Source of the DNA: Octopus vulgaris
Lineage: Eukaryota
Direction of reading: 5' to 3'
Assembly: GCA_951406725.2 (NCBI GenBank)
Contig: OX597819.1
Location: 107,446,001 to 107,510,000 of the forward strand
DNA: 64,000 nt
Positions 26,294-40,224 of this stretch are shown here, in pieces; the stretch's first letter is position 1; the number at the start of each line of letters is the position of its first letter. The notes below the pieces were generated by a model. The model was not told the DNA's origin. It ran no database searches and saw only the letters and a list, made by a program, of their open reading frames with translations. Made by a program: the position numbers and the translations under genes.

Positions 26294-28682
26294 TATTATA
26301 TTAAGGTATGTTACTATAAGTAGAGCCATACGCTGTAAAGGGACGCCAAAGTGAAACTACTTTATCAACATATACAAGCGCTGATGTCGAAGAAATGTAT
26401 ATAGAAAAAGATTCATTTAAAAAGGTTCAGTTGCGCGTGTGTATATTTGGATAAAGTAGTTTCACATAAGCGTCCCTTTCAGCGTGTAGCATTACTTATA
26501 GTAACATCCCCTAATGTAATAAAATATCTTTTAAAAATATATACTTAGTATTAATTTTTTGACCTTAATTGGTTTTACACGCTAGCTACGTGATAAAATC
26601 TTATATAGATTTTATCCCTATATTTAATTGATGTATATATATATTTTAGTTGTGTGTCAAAGTCTCCTTGCAATTATAAGTAGGAATCCAGTAAAATACA
26701 TAATTGAACTGAAAATTCAATAGAATTTTCTATCTTCTATTTCTCAGTTCTCTCACATTGGGTTACCAAGTGATAAGCAACAGATTTTAACTACCATGCA
26801 TAATTTCCTTTTTATTTCTTTCCGTTGTCCTGGATCATTGTGTGGGGTCTGTTATACTAACTTGCGAACACCTTCCTGCAATCTTCACAGGAACATTCCA
26901 TAGGTATTTTTATATAAGCAATAATTATGCCCCCCACTATCACTGTAGCTTCCATTTTTATGCTTAAGATTAGATTATCCTTTCTACTTTGTTCAAAGTT
27001 TTAGTCACGACATTATGTCTCGTAGATAACATAAGGATGACATTTTCAAACATCTTTCCAGATTTAAGTCGCTTATTCAGAGTTAATTCCATAGAGTTTT
27101 CACCGGTTATCGCAACTAGGTGGTTTATCTGCACCACTGTTCCTTTTGTGCATTAGGTAATTTAATGATATTTCTTGGGATGCGCCTTTCAAAGACTGTT
27201 TCACTCCCTGTTAAGCATCTGTTACTTTGTTTTGTTTTGTTGTAATTTTTCTTCTAAGTTGACCAGGAAATTTCTCTGTTTCGATTGTTTTCGGATTTTA
27301 AAATCAATAGACTGAGTCTTATCTAGCTTGCACCCGAGAATCCCAAATGATGCTATGATTACAGTCACAACGAACCCATTGTGGCCTTTTCATACTTGTA
27401 TTTATGAATTAGAATACGTTGATGTCTACAAGCAAAGGGACATATATACGTAATGTTGTTTGGTTTGTACAATTTATTAGCTTTTTTGAATACTTACTAA
27501 TTACTCTCAATTCCCGATGCATAAGCGTGAATAATTGTGCATATATATCTATGTATATATGTGCACACACGGTCATTCATACATGAACATATATGTGCAC
27601 AAACGGTCATTCATGCATGAACATATATGCACACAGGGTCAGTCATACACGGACACATATATGTATGTATGTACGTTTGCATGTATGCTTGTATGCATGT
27701 ATGTGTTTGCATGCATGCACATATGTATGTTTGCATGCATGTATATGTACATCTATGTATGTACATACATACATTACAAGTGATGTGTACATTACAAGTG
27801 ATGTGTACATTACAAGTGCTATCTGTGAGTGGAATAGTAAAAATATGCAAGACTCTTCTCAAATTCCAAATGTGAATTTGTCTGTGTTAGCTACATCCCA
27901 AAGATGGAGCCATGTATCTTTGTTGAAAACCGTTCCCTCTTCAGTGGAAGATTTATAATAATTAAAATATAGAAGAGACATTCATATATGTGTGCTTGTA
28001 TAAATGACCGTGTGTTCACACATATATAGGTATATACATAGTTGAATACATACATCCATGCATACATAACAATTACATAGTGTAATATTCAATTTAGGAA
28101 TTGAGAACATTCAAAAGCTGTTTGAAATTCTTTTGTTTTTCTTTCTTCACAATATTCTTTAATAGAAAGTGTGACTGATACATTCTCTCAGCTATGGGAC
28201 TTTGTCAGTGAACACTTCGCGCAATTGAATTTTTGACACTTTCTAGTATGTTGCAAATATTATTATGAAATAAGCGTAGGCTAATATAATAAACGCTATG
28301 TATTCTTAAAAGGTTAAAATGAAGCTTCTGCGATATTTCCATATCAACATGCGTGCAGTCACTTACCAAACAAATATATCTACACAATTATACAATTATA
28401 TCCATGTACACATGCATACAGATATTAGAAACACATATGTACATGAATGTGTATGAGTATGCCCAGATGTGCGTATGTATATGAATGTATGAATACATCA
28501 TATCTTTGAACAATCAAACTTGCCGAGTCGACTAAGCCGCAGCCTATGAACAGTTCGCATTATACCATTATACCATGTAACACTCCTTCGTGCAGGGCTT
28601 ATACCTGCAGATCAACAATCAACAGAACAAGCAAGTGACACATGCCAAAGGTAAATGTCATTCAATATAGAAGGAATTATTG

Positions 28683-28741
<59 letters not shown>

Positions 28742-29799
28742 GTATGTATTATATCATATTATATTATATTGTATTATATTATATTATATTACCACAAGGA
28801 ATAATATTTGTCTCTTATTATAGAAACAAAAGGGTTTATACGACTACAAAACAAGTGCTCAAATATAAATGAGACGAAGATAAAAAAGCATTAAATTTGG
28901 GCCAACGCCTTCACATACAACACCACCCCTCAAATATTTAATCATATATAAAAAAAAAACACCATGGTCTACAAACACATAAAAAATAATGCATATACAT
29001 AAAATCACAGAAGGTAAAGACCTATATTCTAATAAAATACAAATAGAACGGCTTATCAAAAGTCAAAAATAACGACTAAAAATTCAAAACTACCAAAAAG
29101 CCAAAAAGCCTAATGGACAAATATAGAATAAATAAAAATAAAAATAAAAATAAAATAAAATAAGTGTCCAGCGACTAAAAAGATTTTATCAGACGATTAA
29201 AATATTTTTAAAAATTAAAAAAACATTTGAAAAAGTATTTTATTTCCCTCAGACAAGTACGGCCAAAGTTCATTAGTATGCAGGCTTCCACTGGTCAAAT
29301 TCACATACAGTGTCACGTGACAACTTGCTGGGCCTGCCTGCTAGAGCCTAGCGCTCATTGACGCTACATCCAAGAGGCTAGGGAACAAAAGAAAGAAAAA
29401 GAAAGAAGACATGCACCCAACACCAGAGCTGAAGACACCTCCGAAGGGATGGGGGCGCCACGTCAAAACGGCAGAAGAGTAGGGGCCGAAACCGGGCGTG
29501 GTTCCTCCTGATGATGTCTTGAGCTAACTGGATCCTATAAAGGAGCTGTTGTGGTAGCACACCACGAAACACGGTTGTAATTCCTCCATCTTGAAAAAAG
29601 ACCTTTACTCCCCTCATACAATTACGTTCAACGTTCATAATAGACAACTATCACCAGTCAAATTCAACATTCACATATATCAATACCCATTTCGGGAGGT
29701 CACCACCGCAGTTCATTTACATTAAAGTGCATCATGGCGATGAACCCCCTCTTCAGGATAAACATGAAACATGCACAGATCAAAACTTTTTATGAAAAT

Positions 29800-29950
29800 G
29801 ATTCTTTATTACCCACAAGGGGCACACACAGAAAGGACAATACAATACATGTGGGAACATATAACAATTAAGATAATAAAATTATGATAAGCATGAATAA
29901 AAAAGATGAAATGATATATGGAAAAATGAAATGATATATGTCAGGTTTCC
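29800..29950 (-). mobile_element. 5'-truncated retrocopy homologous to the 3' UTR of the ORF1-only element at 43.7-47.2 kb
   Basis: The reverse complement reads atcatttcatcttt...tatgttcccacatgtattgtattgtcctttctgtgtgtgccccttgtgggtaataaagaa, aligning by eye to 43715-43826. Confidence 0.65.
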
Positions 29951-29959
29951 CATATTCAC

Positions 29960-31145
29960 TCCTTCACATCTCTCATTACTGGGATTCGATACACCAGGTG
30001 GGAGCAAAATGTTGGCATCACTAACCCTGGGCGTATCACAACTTACCTGCCCAGAACCGGGGTTTCCATCAGAAGAACATCTCCTGTGACCTTGCTCATT
30101 TAACTTGCTTCTGTTTGTAGATGCAATAATGAAGGCCAAATTCGGCATTACTGAGTAAGAGAACTTCATAGAAGACTTATTGCAAATGATGTAGTATTTA
30201 TGACTCTTTGGGACGTTTTCCTCCAGAATCCTAAAATACATCTTGGGCAAATTTCTCACTCTAAGAGAAAAGTTGGGGCGAGCCATATTCTCTTATTCTA
30301 GAACGTGAGCTCTTTATTTTAATAATTATCCTCACTAGCACTATTTCGCTTCCTATACCCATTTCTAACATCATTAAACATGTTTGTAACCAATGGCTTA
30401 CTTTGGTTGCAATCAGGTAATGCATTGCATTTTCCCTGATCACCGTGACATGATCAGGTAGTAGACCAGCCATCTTGTTTTTAAATCTCCTGTTAGGTAT
30501 ATATGAGATTTTAGTTTTGAATCCGCTTGATTTTAGAGCGTTATTGTACACTGGCGCATGTTGATCGAACATCTCTTCATTTGCGGATAACTTCGAGATT
30601 CTGATCGAAATAGCAATAACGATGCTATCTATAGTGGACTTTGAGTGATTAGACGATACATTGAAATATGAGATTGATTTGTTTGTCTTACGAAATGGAT
30701 AGCATAAACCCGTATCCAAACATAATGTAAGGTCCATCAAATTCACCACTCTGGAGGTAATATCAAATATAATGTTAAGATTAAAGAAATCCTTTAAGAA
30801 ACATCTGAGGGATTTCCTCAATCTATTCAATGCAGTTTTAGACTGGCTATGTTTAGCTAGAAGTGCATCATCCCTACGCAGTCGCCCGGTGAGGAGAGGA
30901 AAACTATCCTTAATCTGCGAAATCAGATGACCCCATGGTTATATCGAAGTAATTGGTGGAATCAACTCTCTGCCAATCACGCTCATTGTAGGAGGGTCTC
31001 CCTTGCCACTAAATTTACATCAATATCTGAACTAGGTAAACCGAAAATTTGCGGGCAAAAATCAAGGCTTTATTCAGCAATATAGATGAAGGGTGGTGTT
31101 GTATGTAAAGTCGTTGATCCAAATTTAATGTTTCTTCTATAACCA
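29960..31145 (-). mobile_element. Penelope-like element reverse transcriptase remnant
   Basis: FDITMGS, LRRDDALL (YRDD-type), VNLMDLTL...YFNVSSNH...ISIRISKLS...YNNALKSSG, then KFSYSVMPNLAFII. Confidence 0.85.
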
Positions 31146-31181
31146 GTGCTTCTTTATATCATATATTATATATATTACAAA

Positions 31182-31217
<36 letters not shown>

Positions 31218-31231
31218 TGTATGTATGTATG

Positions 31232-31265
<34 letters not shown>

Positions 31266-32007
31266 TGCATGTATATACTTGATACAGTGAGTTTCATTGC
31301 GCCAAGTGTCAGACTAAGTACCAACATCCAAACTCCTCGATGTTAACTACTTGATATGTCTTTGAGAGGAAGTCAATTCACTTTCGTCTGGAGCTTTTAT
31401 TATTCTTGGCAAAGTGGTTTGGTTAAGTATGTGTAGTTAAGAATTTCGCTTTACAAGCGTGTGCTTTTGAATTCAATTCCATTGTGCAACACCTCGGCAC
31501 ATTGGGTAAGTGTATTTCATTATTGCCAATATAGTAGAGAAAACTTTAAAAATACTTTTATAGGTTTTCTGTAAGCCTCCTCTCTTTCTCTCTATCACTC
31601 TCTCTCTCTTTCTCTCTCTCCCTCTCTCTTGTCCCATATATTTGGTCCTGAGAGAGGCGTGGCATTATTCGGACTTAATATGATGCTTTGTCTGTCAGTG
31701 TCATGTGTGTGTGTGTGTTCTAGGTGATATGCGAGTTATTGATAATTTTCATAGCGAAGGAAAAAGGTATATAGGTATATGGTTGGAAATTTAACATCGA
31801 CTGTTGTATTTGTTGCGAGACACTGATGATAAAGTACACGATTGCGTGATATTTTTTTCCTACTGTTATGCTATTATGTCGGCATTTTCTGAAGCGTGCG
31901 TTTGTATATGAAGTGTTTTGTACGACACATATTTTCTGTCAATAATTATTATATTGTGTATATATATGTGTGCTCGCGCGAGACTGTGTGTATGTGTAAA
32001 TATATAC

Positions 32008-32087
<80 letters not shown>

Positions 32088-32859
32088 ATGTATATGTATA
32101 TGTATGTATATTGAAAATTGAATAAATATTAATGTTCTGTATTCTCTCGCTAAAGTATCTCATCATAGAGGGAAATTAGTACAAATCAACTAAATATCAT
32201 CGTTCTATTCACTTTAATGGGTTTCCTATCGATTTAAGATAAATTTTTGGCGTTCGTTTAAACAACCCCCTTTACAAATATTTGTTGGTTGTCCATAATA
32301 ATTTCAAAGTAATATTTCATATTAAATATTTAGCACTTAATTGATTTTGTTCGCGATTCTAAGTTAAATTATCAATAGCTAGGCAGTTACAGACAATTTT
32401 TAAAATCAAAACAGTAATTAGCTTTTTACTTCATGAACGTAGTGTCAAAGCTGTGTGAGAGAGAGAGGAGTATACGCTGACATATGAATATGCGACATTT
32501 AACCAGATTTACAAAGATAACGTTTACTGTCTGTATTTAGTATTGATTTACTTTTGCAATAATTATTTAATTTCGTCTATATTACAAAGTATTTCTACTT
32601 TGGTTTTAATATATTCATAAATGTTAGATTTCCGCTGAAGTCTGTTTTTGCTTTTATTCTTCCGGTGTCAATATTTTCTAAGTACCAGTTCCTCCAATCA
32701 CAAATGCGGAAACTTGTGTCTACGTTAGAAGTAAATATTTTCATGATTGTTTTTGTTACAAGATATACATATATATTTTTATGCATTTTTGTATTTATTT
32801 ATATTTACATACATATATGTACCTCTCTCCTTCTCTTTCTCTTTCTCCCTCATATTCTT

Positions 32860-33050
32860 CTATTTGTTTCAATCATTTGATTGCGACCATGCTGGAGCAC
32901 CGCCTTTAGCCGAACAAATCGACCCCGAGGACTTATTCTTTGTAAGCCTAGTACTTATTCTATCGGCCTCTTTTACCGAACCGCTAAGTTCGAGGACGTA
33001 AACACAACAACATCGGTTGCCAAGCGATGATGGGGGAAGAAACACAGACA
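32860..33050 (-). mobile_element. SINE 3' half
   Basis: Reverse complement of 41350-41545. Confidence 0.85.
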
Positions 33051-33152
33051 TGGCCACAGCACCGAGCTGAAACTATAGAAAAAATATATATGTAAATAAA
33101 GAAAATAAGGCAAGGTACAAAGTGTTGAAATAATTTTATCCCGAAGAACATT

Positions 33153-33190
33153 TTAGTAACGTTTCAGTCTTTCCGACTTTTTCAACTTAG
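33153..33190 (-). ncRNA. candidate minimal hammerhead with a U3-A8 core variant
   Basis: Minus strand: aag TTGAAAA agtc-ggaaa-gact GAAA cgt TA ctaa. Stem I is weak. Confidence 0.45.
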
Positions 33191-33337
33191 AGTAAAGCAT
33201 GAAGAACAATTAAATTGTGGAAAAATTGAATGAAATGTTTCTTTTTAAATATTTCCATAGTTTTCAAATACAAGGAACATTTTCCTTCTCTCCCACTCTC
33301 CTCTATCTCTTTCTTTTACTCTTATATTTTAATTATT

Positions 33338-33546
33338 TCATTTGTTATAGTCATGTGACTGCAACCATGCTAAAGCACCGCCTTGTAGGATCTTAACGGA
33401 ATAAATCGACCGCAAGACGTATTATTCGACCGGTTTCTTTTGACGAACCGCTAAGTTACGGGGACGTAAACACACCAACACTGATTGTCAAACGGTGATC
33501 GAGAAAGAAGCACAGGTTCAAACATACACACACACATATATATATA

Positions 33547-33640
<94 letters not shown>

Positions 33641-33666
33641 CATACATACATACATACATACATACA

Positions 33667-33701
<35 letters not shown>

Positions 33702-33862
33702 CCGACGGGATTATTCCAGTTTCCGTCTACCAAATCCACTGACAAGAGGTTGGTCGGCTCGACGCTATAGTGGAAGTAATTTGCCCCAGGTGCCATGCAG
33801 TAGGACTGAACCCGGAACCATGTGGTTGCAAAGCAAGCTTTTCACCACACAGACATGCCTGC
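33338..33862 (-). mobile_element. composite tRNA SINE with internal microsatellite
   Basis: Head with B-box-like gggttcagtcc at 33700-33862, microsatellite spacer, 3' half at 33338-33525. Confidence 0.75.
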
Positions 33863-34719
33863 GCATCTGTGTGTGTATGTGTGTGTGCATGTGTGTGTAT
33901 GTGCGCGCGCGTGTGCTTATGTGTGTGTGTATTAGGAAAAAGGAGGTACTCAGAATTTTAGATAACTCTTTATTAGCACATTCGTCTATATATATTACAT
34001 GAGATATGGATGCTCGTACTAAAATTTCTTTTGTGCACGCTGTCTGACGACTCCGCCTAGTTTCACATGTACTCGAGGAGAAGTGTTGTATTTATATGTC
34101 TGATGCAGCAGTTTGAGTCATAATATTTACAATTTTCATGTCTACATTAAAAAGTCTATATAAAATTTCGGTCGTCTAAATTGGTTCGCAAGTTTACAAG
34201 TGTCCTGCTGAAGTGAAGGTTTCCAATTTTAGTGTTGTACTAATTTTGTTGTGTCTAGGGTGAGTGGTTATGCTAATATCAATAACACACGCACTGGTTC
34301 AGTTCTACTCCTCTATTACTAGACAGTTGCTTATATATTTATCCAACTAAGTACTCGAGCCTTTCTTTAACCTGTTGCTTAGACAGTCAGTCGTCTGTTT
34401 TATCTTTTGTTTTATGTTTTATTTTCCTTTATGTTTTATGTTTTGTTTTTTTTGTTGTAATAATATTTCCTGAGATTGTGGTTGGGTGTGATATATATTT
34501 TGACTCGTTTGTGATCGTTTCTGCGTGACAGTCATCCATTCTGTAACAAGTGCACCTTGAGTCTTGTATATTCTAAATGGAGTTTCTATAATTTTAATGG
34601 ATGATGCAATGGCTTCATCAGCATGGATAAATTTATAGACGAATATTACGAAGGGTAAGGCCATCAATATATTAAGGCACCCGTTATTAACTGATGTTTG
34701 TTTTACTTTTCATCATTTA

Positions 34720-34931
34720 ACTTATTCAATTATAACCGTCATTGGACTCAGACCATACTAGAGCGCCACCTTGAATAGTTTTAATCGAACAAATCTGCCC
34801 CGTACGTATTTTTAAAGTTTGATATATATGCTATCATCCTCTCTACCGAAACGCCAAGTTGCGGGGACATTAACAAGCTAACATCAGTTATCAAGCGGTG
34901 TAGGGCTCAAAAACAGACACACCTATATAGG

Positions 34932-35013
<82 letters not shown>

Positions 35014-35243
35014 TGTTTCGTTATTAGCCACACAAGGCCTCACACAGACGGGACAGATTACAAAGTAGAGCTTTTCTTTTTTGGGGAAAAAAAAGTGGGG
35101 TAGGTTTTCGATCAAAAGGGATCGTAAAAGTGAAAGAAGAAGAAAAAAAAGAAAAAAAGAAAAGAAATAAAAGAAAAGAAAAAAGAAAAAAGAAGAAATA
35201 AAGGAAAAAAGGGAGATAGATAGATAGATAGATAGATAGATAT

Positions 35244-35289
<46 letters not shown>

Positions 35290-35440
35290 CGACGACAGGC
35301 TTCCACTCAGTTTCAGTCTACCAAATTTACACACAAGACATTGACTGGCCTGGGACAATAGTGGAATCACTTACCCAAAGTACCGCACAGTGGAGCTGAA
35401 CCCGAAACCACCTGATTGCTCCTTAACCACACAGCCATGC
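34720..35440 (-). mobile_element. composite tRNA SINE with internal (GATA)n and a nested LINE-type 3' tail (35015-35210)
   Basis: Same two halves as 33338-33862. The nested piece ends (minus) tgtcccgtctgtgtgaggccttgtgtggctaataacgaaa. Confidence 0.7.
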
Positions 35441-36207
35441 TTGTGGCCTTTAAAAAAAAATTATTGACATCTTTGTTTTTTAGGCAATATTCAAAATGTA
35501 AGAGAAGATTTTACTAATAATATGTTACAACATGGAAACGCTCACTATCTCTACGCATGTTTGGTCATTTCCTCGTACTTGTCTAAAACGATGCGCTGTA
35601 CGTGATATTCTTTATTTATATCTATATAAATAATCTAGACATAGGATGCTGTTGTCGTATGAATTTCAGCTAAGGCTGTATCGGTTTCTTCGTAGATATA
35701 AGATTTGGATTATTTTTCAGATCAGCTTTAAATCTATTAACCGACTCTTCCGTATCTTCCACAATAAAGATGTCATCAAGATAACTGTAGATTTCGAAAA
35801 TAATTCTTTATATGGCAAATTCGGTACTTCAAGCTATAATTGGTCAGTTACCAAGCGTGGAAGAACAAGTTAAACTACATACATAAATATTATAGAACAT
35901 AAAGGCTATTGCCTTACGTAATATCCCACATAGTTTTGATGATTGCAACAATAAACTATGTCAAGATTCAAATTATGAGGGAATCAACTGCAAAGATTTT
36001 CAGCGCGACTTGCGATTGTATATTATAAACATCTATGCGAGAGAGAAAACAAATGTTTCATGACCAGATCTTAGTCACAAATACACACCCCGCACATAAT
36101 GTTCATGGGCGCGTGTATGCGCACGCGTTTATGTTTGTCTCTCTGTATGTATGTCTGTATGTATGTATGTACGTATGTATGTGTGCGTGTATATATATAC
36201 ATACATA

Positions 36208-36430
36208 CGGTGAGCTGGCAGAAACGTTAGCGCGCCGAGTGAAATGCTTAGCGGTATTTCGTCTGTCGTTACGTTCTGAGTTCAAATTTCGCCGATGTCG
36301 ACTTTGCCTCTCATCCTCTCGGGGTCGATAAATAAAGTTTCGCACTGGGTTGATATAATCGACTTAATCCCTTTGTCTGTCCTTGCTTGTCCCCTCTATG
36401 TTTAGCCCCTTGTGGGTAGTAAAGGAATAT
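36208..36430 (+). mobile_element. tRNA-derived SINE (7109 family) with an alternative 3' tail
   Basis: Same head and body as 7109, but the tail is tgtcccctctatgtttagccccttgtgggtagtaaaggaat. Confidence 0.85.
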
Positions 36431-36467
36431 ATATACATACTTACATATATAGACATATATATACATA

Positions 36468-37214
36468 TAAACTTAGATAAACTTAGATATGTTTCGACCA
36501 AAGATTGGTCCAGGCCATGTCTAACTTAATAGCACCACCTGATAGGATTATTCGAATCCTGTTTAAGTCAAGTTTTGTTTAAGTCAAGTTTTGTTCAAGT
36601 AGTGAGTTCTTGTTGGGTGAGTTGTATCCAGTTTTGTTCAAGTAGTGAGTTCTTGTTGGGTGAGTTATATCCAATTATGGGTGGCTTATCTGGTATTCTT
36701 TGAAGGAATCTATCCAGACTCTGTTTAAAGTTGATGGGATCCTTTTCCTCTTTGATCTCTCTCGGGACAATGTTAAATAGGGCAGGGCCTGTTGAGGAAA
36801 AGAAATTATGCTGCAGTGTACATGTATGTTGTGATCTTGAATTGGGCAGGGGACGTATAGCCCGTGGTCCAAGTCTTGGATGAACCTTGAAGCTAATGTT
36901 TAGGTCGTTTGGGCAAAGTTGGCGGTATATTTTCCACATCGTACAAATGATGTACCGCTCACGGCGACGCTGGAGGGAGTAAAGTTTCAAGGCTTTAAGG
37001 CGATCCCAATAATCGAGAGCAGCCATGCCTTCAATGCGTTTAGTGAGTGCCCTCTGGGGTGACTCAATTCTGGAGATGTTTTGTCTTGTGTGAGGAGACC
37101 ACAGTGGGCAGCAGTATTCAAGGTGTGTCCGTACAAAGGAGGAAAAAAGTGGTATGATGACACCTTGTTCTCTGGACCGGAAAGTTCTTAAGATCCAGGA
37201 ACTCATCCTACGAG

Positions 37215-37215
<1 letters not shown>
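36468..37215 (-). mobile_element. CR1/L2-group LINE 3' end
   Basis: WILRTFRSR..LFSSFVRTHLEYCCPLWSP..IESPQRALTKRI..YWDRLKALKLYSLQRRRER; short-repeat tail (tatctaagtt). Confidence 0.88.
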
Positions 37216-37253
<38 letters not shown>

Positions 37254-37286
37254 TGCGGACATACATACATACAAGCAAACATAGAA

Positions 37287-37327
<41 letters not shown>

Positions 37328-37885
37328 CACGTAAACTGCGAGACATATGTACATATATATAGATATATGAACGTATATAAGTATATTCAAGTGTATGGAC
37401 AAGCAAAAGAAAGTGGCGATCAATAATTTTGGCAGGAGTTACATAAATTATTTTATAAGAGTTTGACCCAGATCTACGTAGTGTCTTAGAACAAACCTAT
37501 CTTGTCAGACATCTCCCTATTATTGAATAATGCGCGCAGGCACACACGCACACACACACACGCACACACACGCATGCACACACACACACACACAAATACA
37601 CACATACAAATATGTATGTTTATTTAGCAATGTAACCACACACATGCTGTTGACGATTTCTTTTCTTTCTTTGGACGTTTCCATTTCTCCTTTCCGACGA
37701 ACAGCTATGCTCGAAATGTCAAACTCTCTCTTTTCACCAAGCGTCAAGCTAATACATTCTTTGTGCGCGTCCTCTTGTTGTCCGTTAATTTCATTATTCA
37801 TTTTTTAATTGATTAATTGATTGTTTATTTGAATTCACTATACATATTTATATGTGTAAATATATATATATGTATGTATGTATGT

Positions 37886-38122
37886 ATTTTCTGTCCCTGT
37901 TTCGTATACATTCGATCCTTCTTCCAAGAAATCTAATGCTCGTAGCTTAGTTTTTCCTTAGGGCTGGCCGGATCGGAGCGATCTCAAGATTAATCAGCCG
38001 AAATTGCTAGGATGATCCGGTTCTTGACTGAAGATTGAAGGCTTCGAATGTCCCGTCCGTGTTTTTTGTATCGTCTTCTAAATGTTTTACGTTCTTGTCC
38101 CAGTTTGTATTTTTCTACATAT
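37886..38122 (+). repeat. third copy of the 17546/18384 terminal repeat
   Basis: Near-identical sequence, embedded in microsatellites. Confidence 0.9.
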
Positions 38123-38251
<129 letters not shown>

Positions 38252-38802
38252 CCGTTCCCACCATATTGACATGATTTCAACTACAAGCAAAACGTCCTTA
38301 AACGTCCAATGCTATTCCCTGCATATCCTCTTTTATATCAGAGTGATTTTCTCTCATAGAATTGTTTTAGCAAAAGCTGAGGGTATCCCACTCCCAATGG
38401 TCTTCCACCACGCCACAACAACCCGGAACTTCTGAATGCTTACTTATTCGTTAAACCACACTGGATTCATCAGTACATTTGACAAGTTTTGATATTTGTC
38501 CTGCAGGATTTCTAGCAGCTCTCTTCATCAGGCTGCCGATCAGGCTGCCGATCGAATTGTCGGCGACCTGACCATGTAAGAGGTTGTATACCAGAAAGTA
38601 TGTTACGAGTAACACTTGCGAGGGACTTCACAAGTTAACTGACGCAACACACGCTCACAATACATACACACACAAAACACACACACACACACACACACAC
38701 AAAATACATATACACATATATATATATAAATACTCATATACATTTATATATATATATATGTATATATATATATAATTACTTATATACATATATATATATA
38801 TA

Positions 38803-39032
38803 TCACCGTGATCACCGCCTTCAAATGAGGCGAGCAGGCCAACAGAAAAAACAGTGAGAGAAAGTTGTAGCGAAAGAGTACAGCAGGGATCGCCGCCATC
38901 CCCTACCGGAGCCTCGTGGAGCTTTAGGTGTTTTCGCTCAATAAACACTCACAACGCCTGGTCTGGGAATCGAAACCGCGATCCTACAACCGCGAGTACG
39001 CTGCCCTAACCACTGGGCTATTGCGCCTCCAC
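38803..39032 (-). mobile_element. tRNA-derived SINE, 5' part (family of 42783-43164)
   Basis: Minus strand gtggaggcgcaatagcccagtggttagg...ggtttcgattccc (A and B boxes). Confidence 0.85.
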
Positions 39033-39186
39033 TATATATATATATATAACACTGAAGCAAAGTAACACCAAATATATAGTCCGTGTGTTTTTATTGGGTA
39101 AACTGGCAAAATAACCATTCCTAAATACAACAATATCTGTTTCAACACACGACTTCACATAAAATATCTTGCACAACAAATATTTA

Positions 39187-39274
<88 letters not shown>

Positions 39275-39598
39275 TATATACATATACATACAAAAGATCC
39301 AAGAATTGAGGTGTAGAAAGAAAGTTAACTTCAAGCAATTCGTAGTAAATATACAAAAAACAACTTTCAGTGACAATAGTGGTCTATTGAGTCGGAAGAT
39401 TGTAGATTATTCTTCTTATCGAAGTACGATAAATTGAAAAAAAAGTTCTTTTTATATTTCACGGTAGGCCACAAGGATGTCCTTGGCTTGGACAATAGGC
39501 TGTGGTATACAGCTCGCTTGGATATTTATCACTTGCAAAATTCTGCTTGCCATGAAATATATGTAGCCTGGATTTTATCAACTCCGTTCCTTAACTCT

Positions 39599-39640
<42 letters not shown>

Positions 39641-40224
39641 TGTTCCTTCCCGAGACATGCCTGTCTCATAAGGGCCAGATTCCTGGTTTCATTGGCGCAT
39701 AGTTTTCCCACCTTGACGGGACGCCGGTCTGTCGTAGGTGAGGTATATATGTATATTCCACGATATTATACATAAGATTCGCAAGTTCTTCACAATTATG
39801 TATCGTTACATATTATTGCGATGATACTTTGGCATATATAAATACCACCAAGTTTCACGTAGGGCAGTATCATATGAGGACTCACTGTGCTCCGGCGTTT
39901 AGTATTCGTAGTAGTATATGCATGATTGTGCAGACCTGTACACGTTAGCTGCACAGTGTAATTAATATAAAGTGCTGAGTTTAATGTTCATGTTTGTTGA
40001 AAAGTTATAATTAGACATTCTTGTGGTGGGATCAGGACTTGCTGACTGAAATCCCATGCTGTCATTGAGATGATGGCAAACGCTAATCAAGCGAGGAATC
40101 TACCAGCATGATAAAATCTCGAAACGTCCAGTCGCAACAATGAAATATATTTGGAGCAGCATTAACAGACAATCTATAGACTATACTTATCAACATTATT
40201 TATTCGGAAATGTAACTGCATACT

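Noticed and set aside
26850-27400. Degraded PLE GIY-YIG region (minus strand, ECSCEDC)
   Set aside because: Too decayed to support without a profile search.
29506-29585. Hammerhead (ctgatga...gaaac...gta)
   Set aside because: Stems I and II do not pair.
38500-38535. Minus-strand ctgatga...gaaa
   Set aside because: No UH triplet or stem I.
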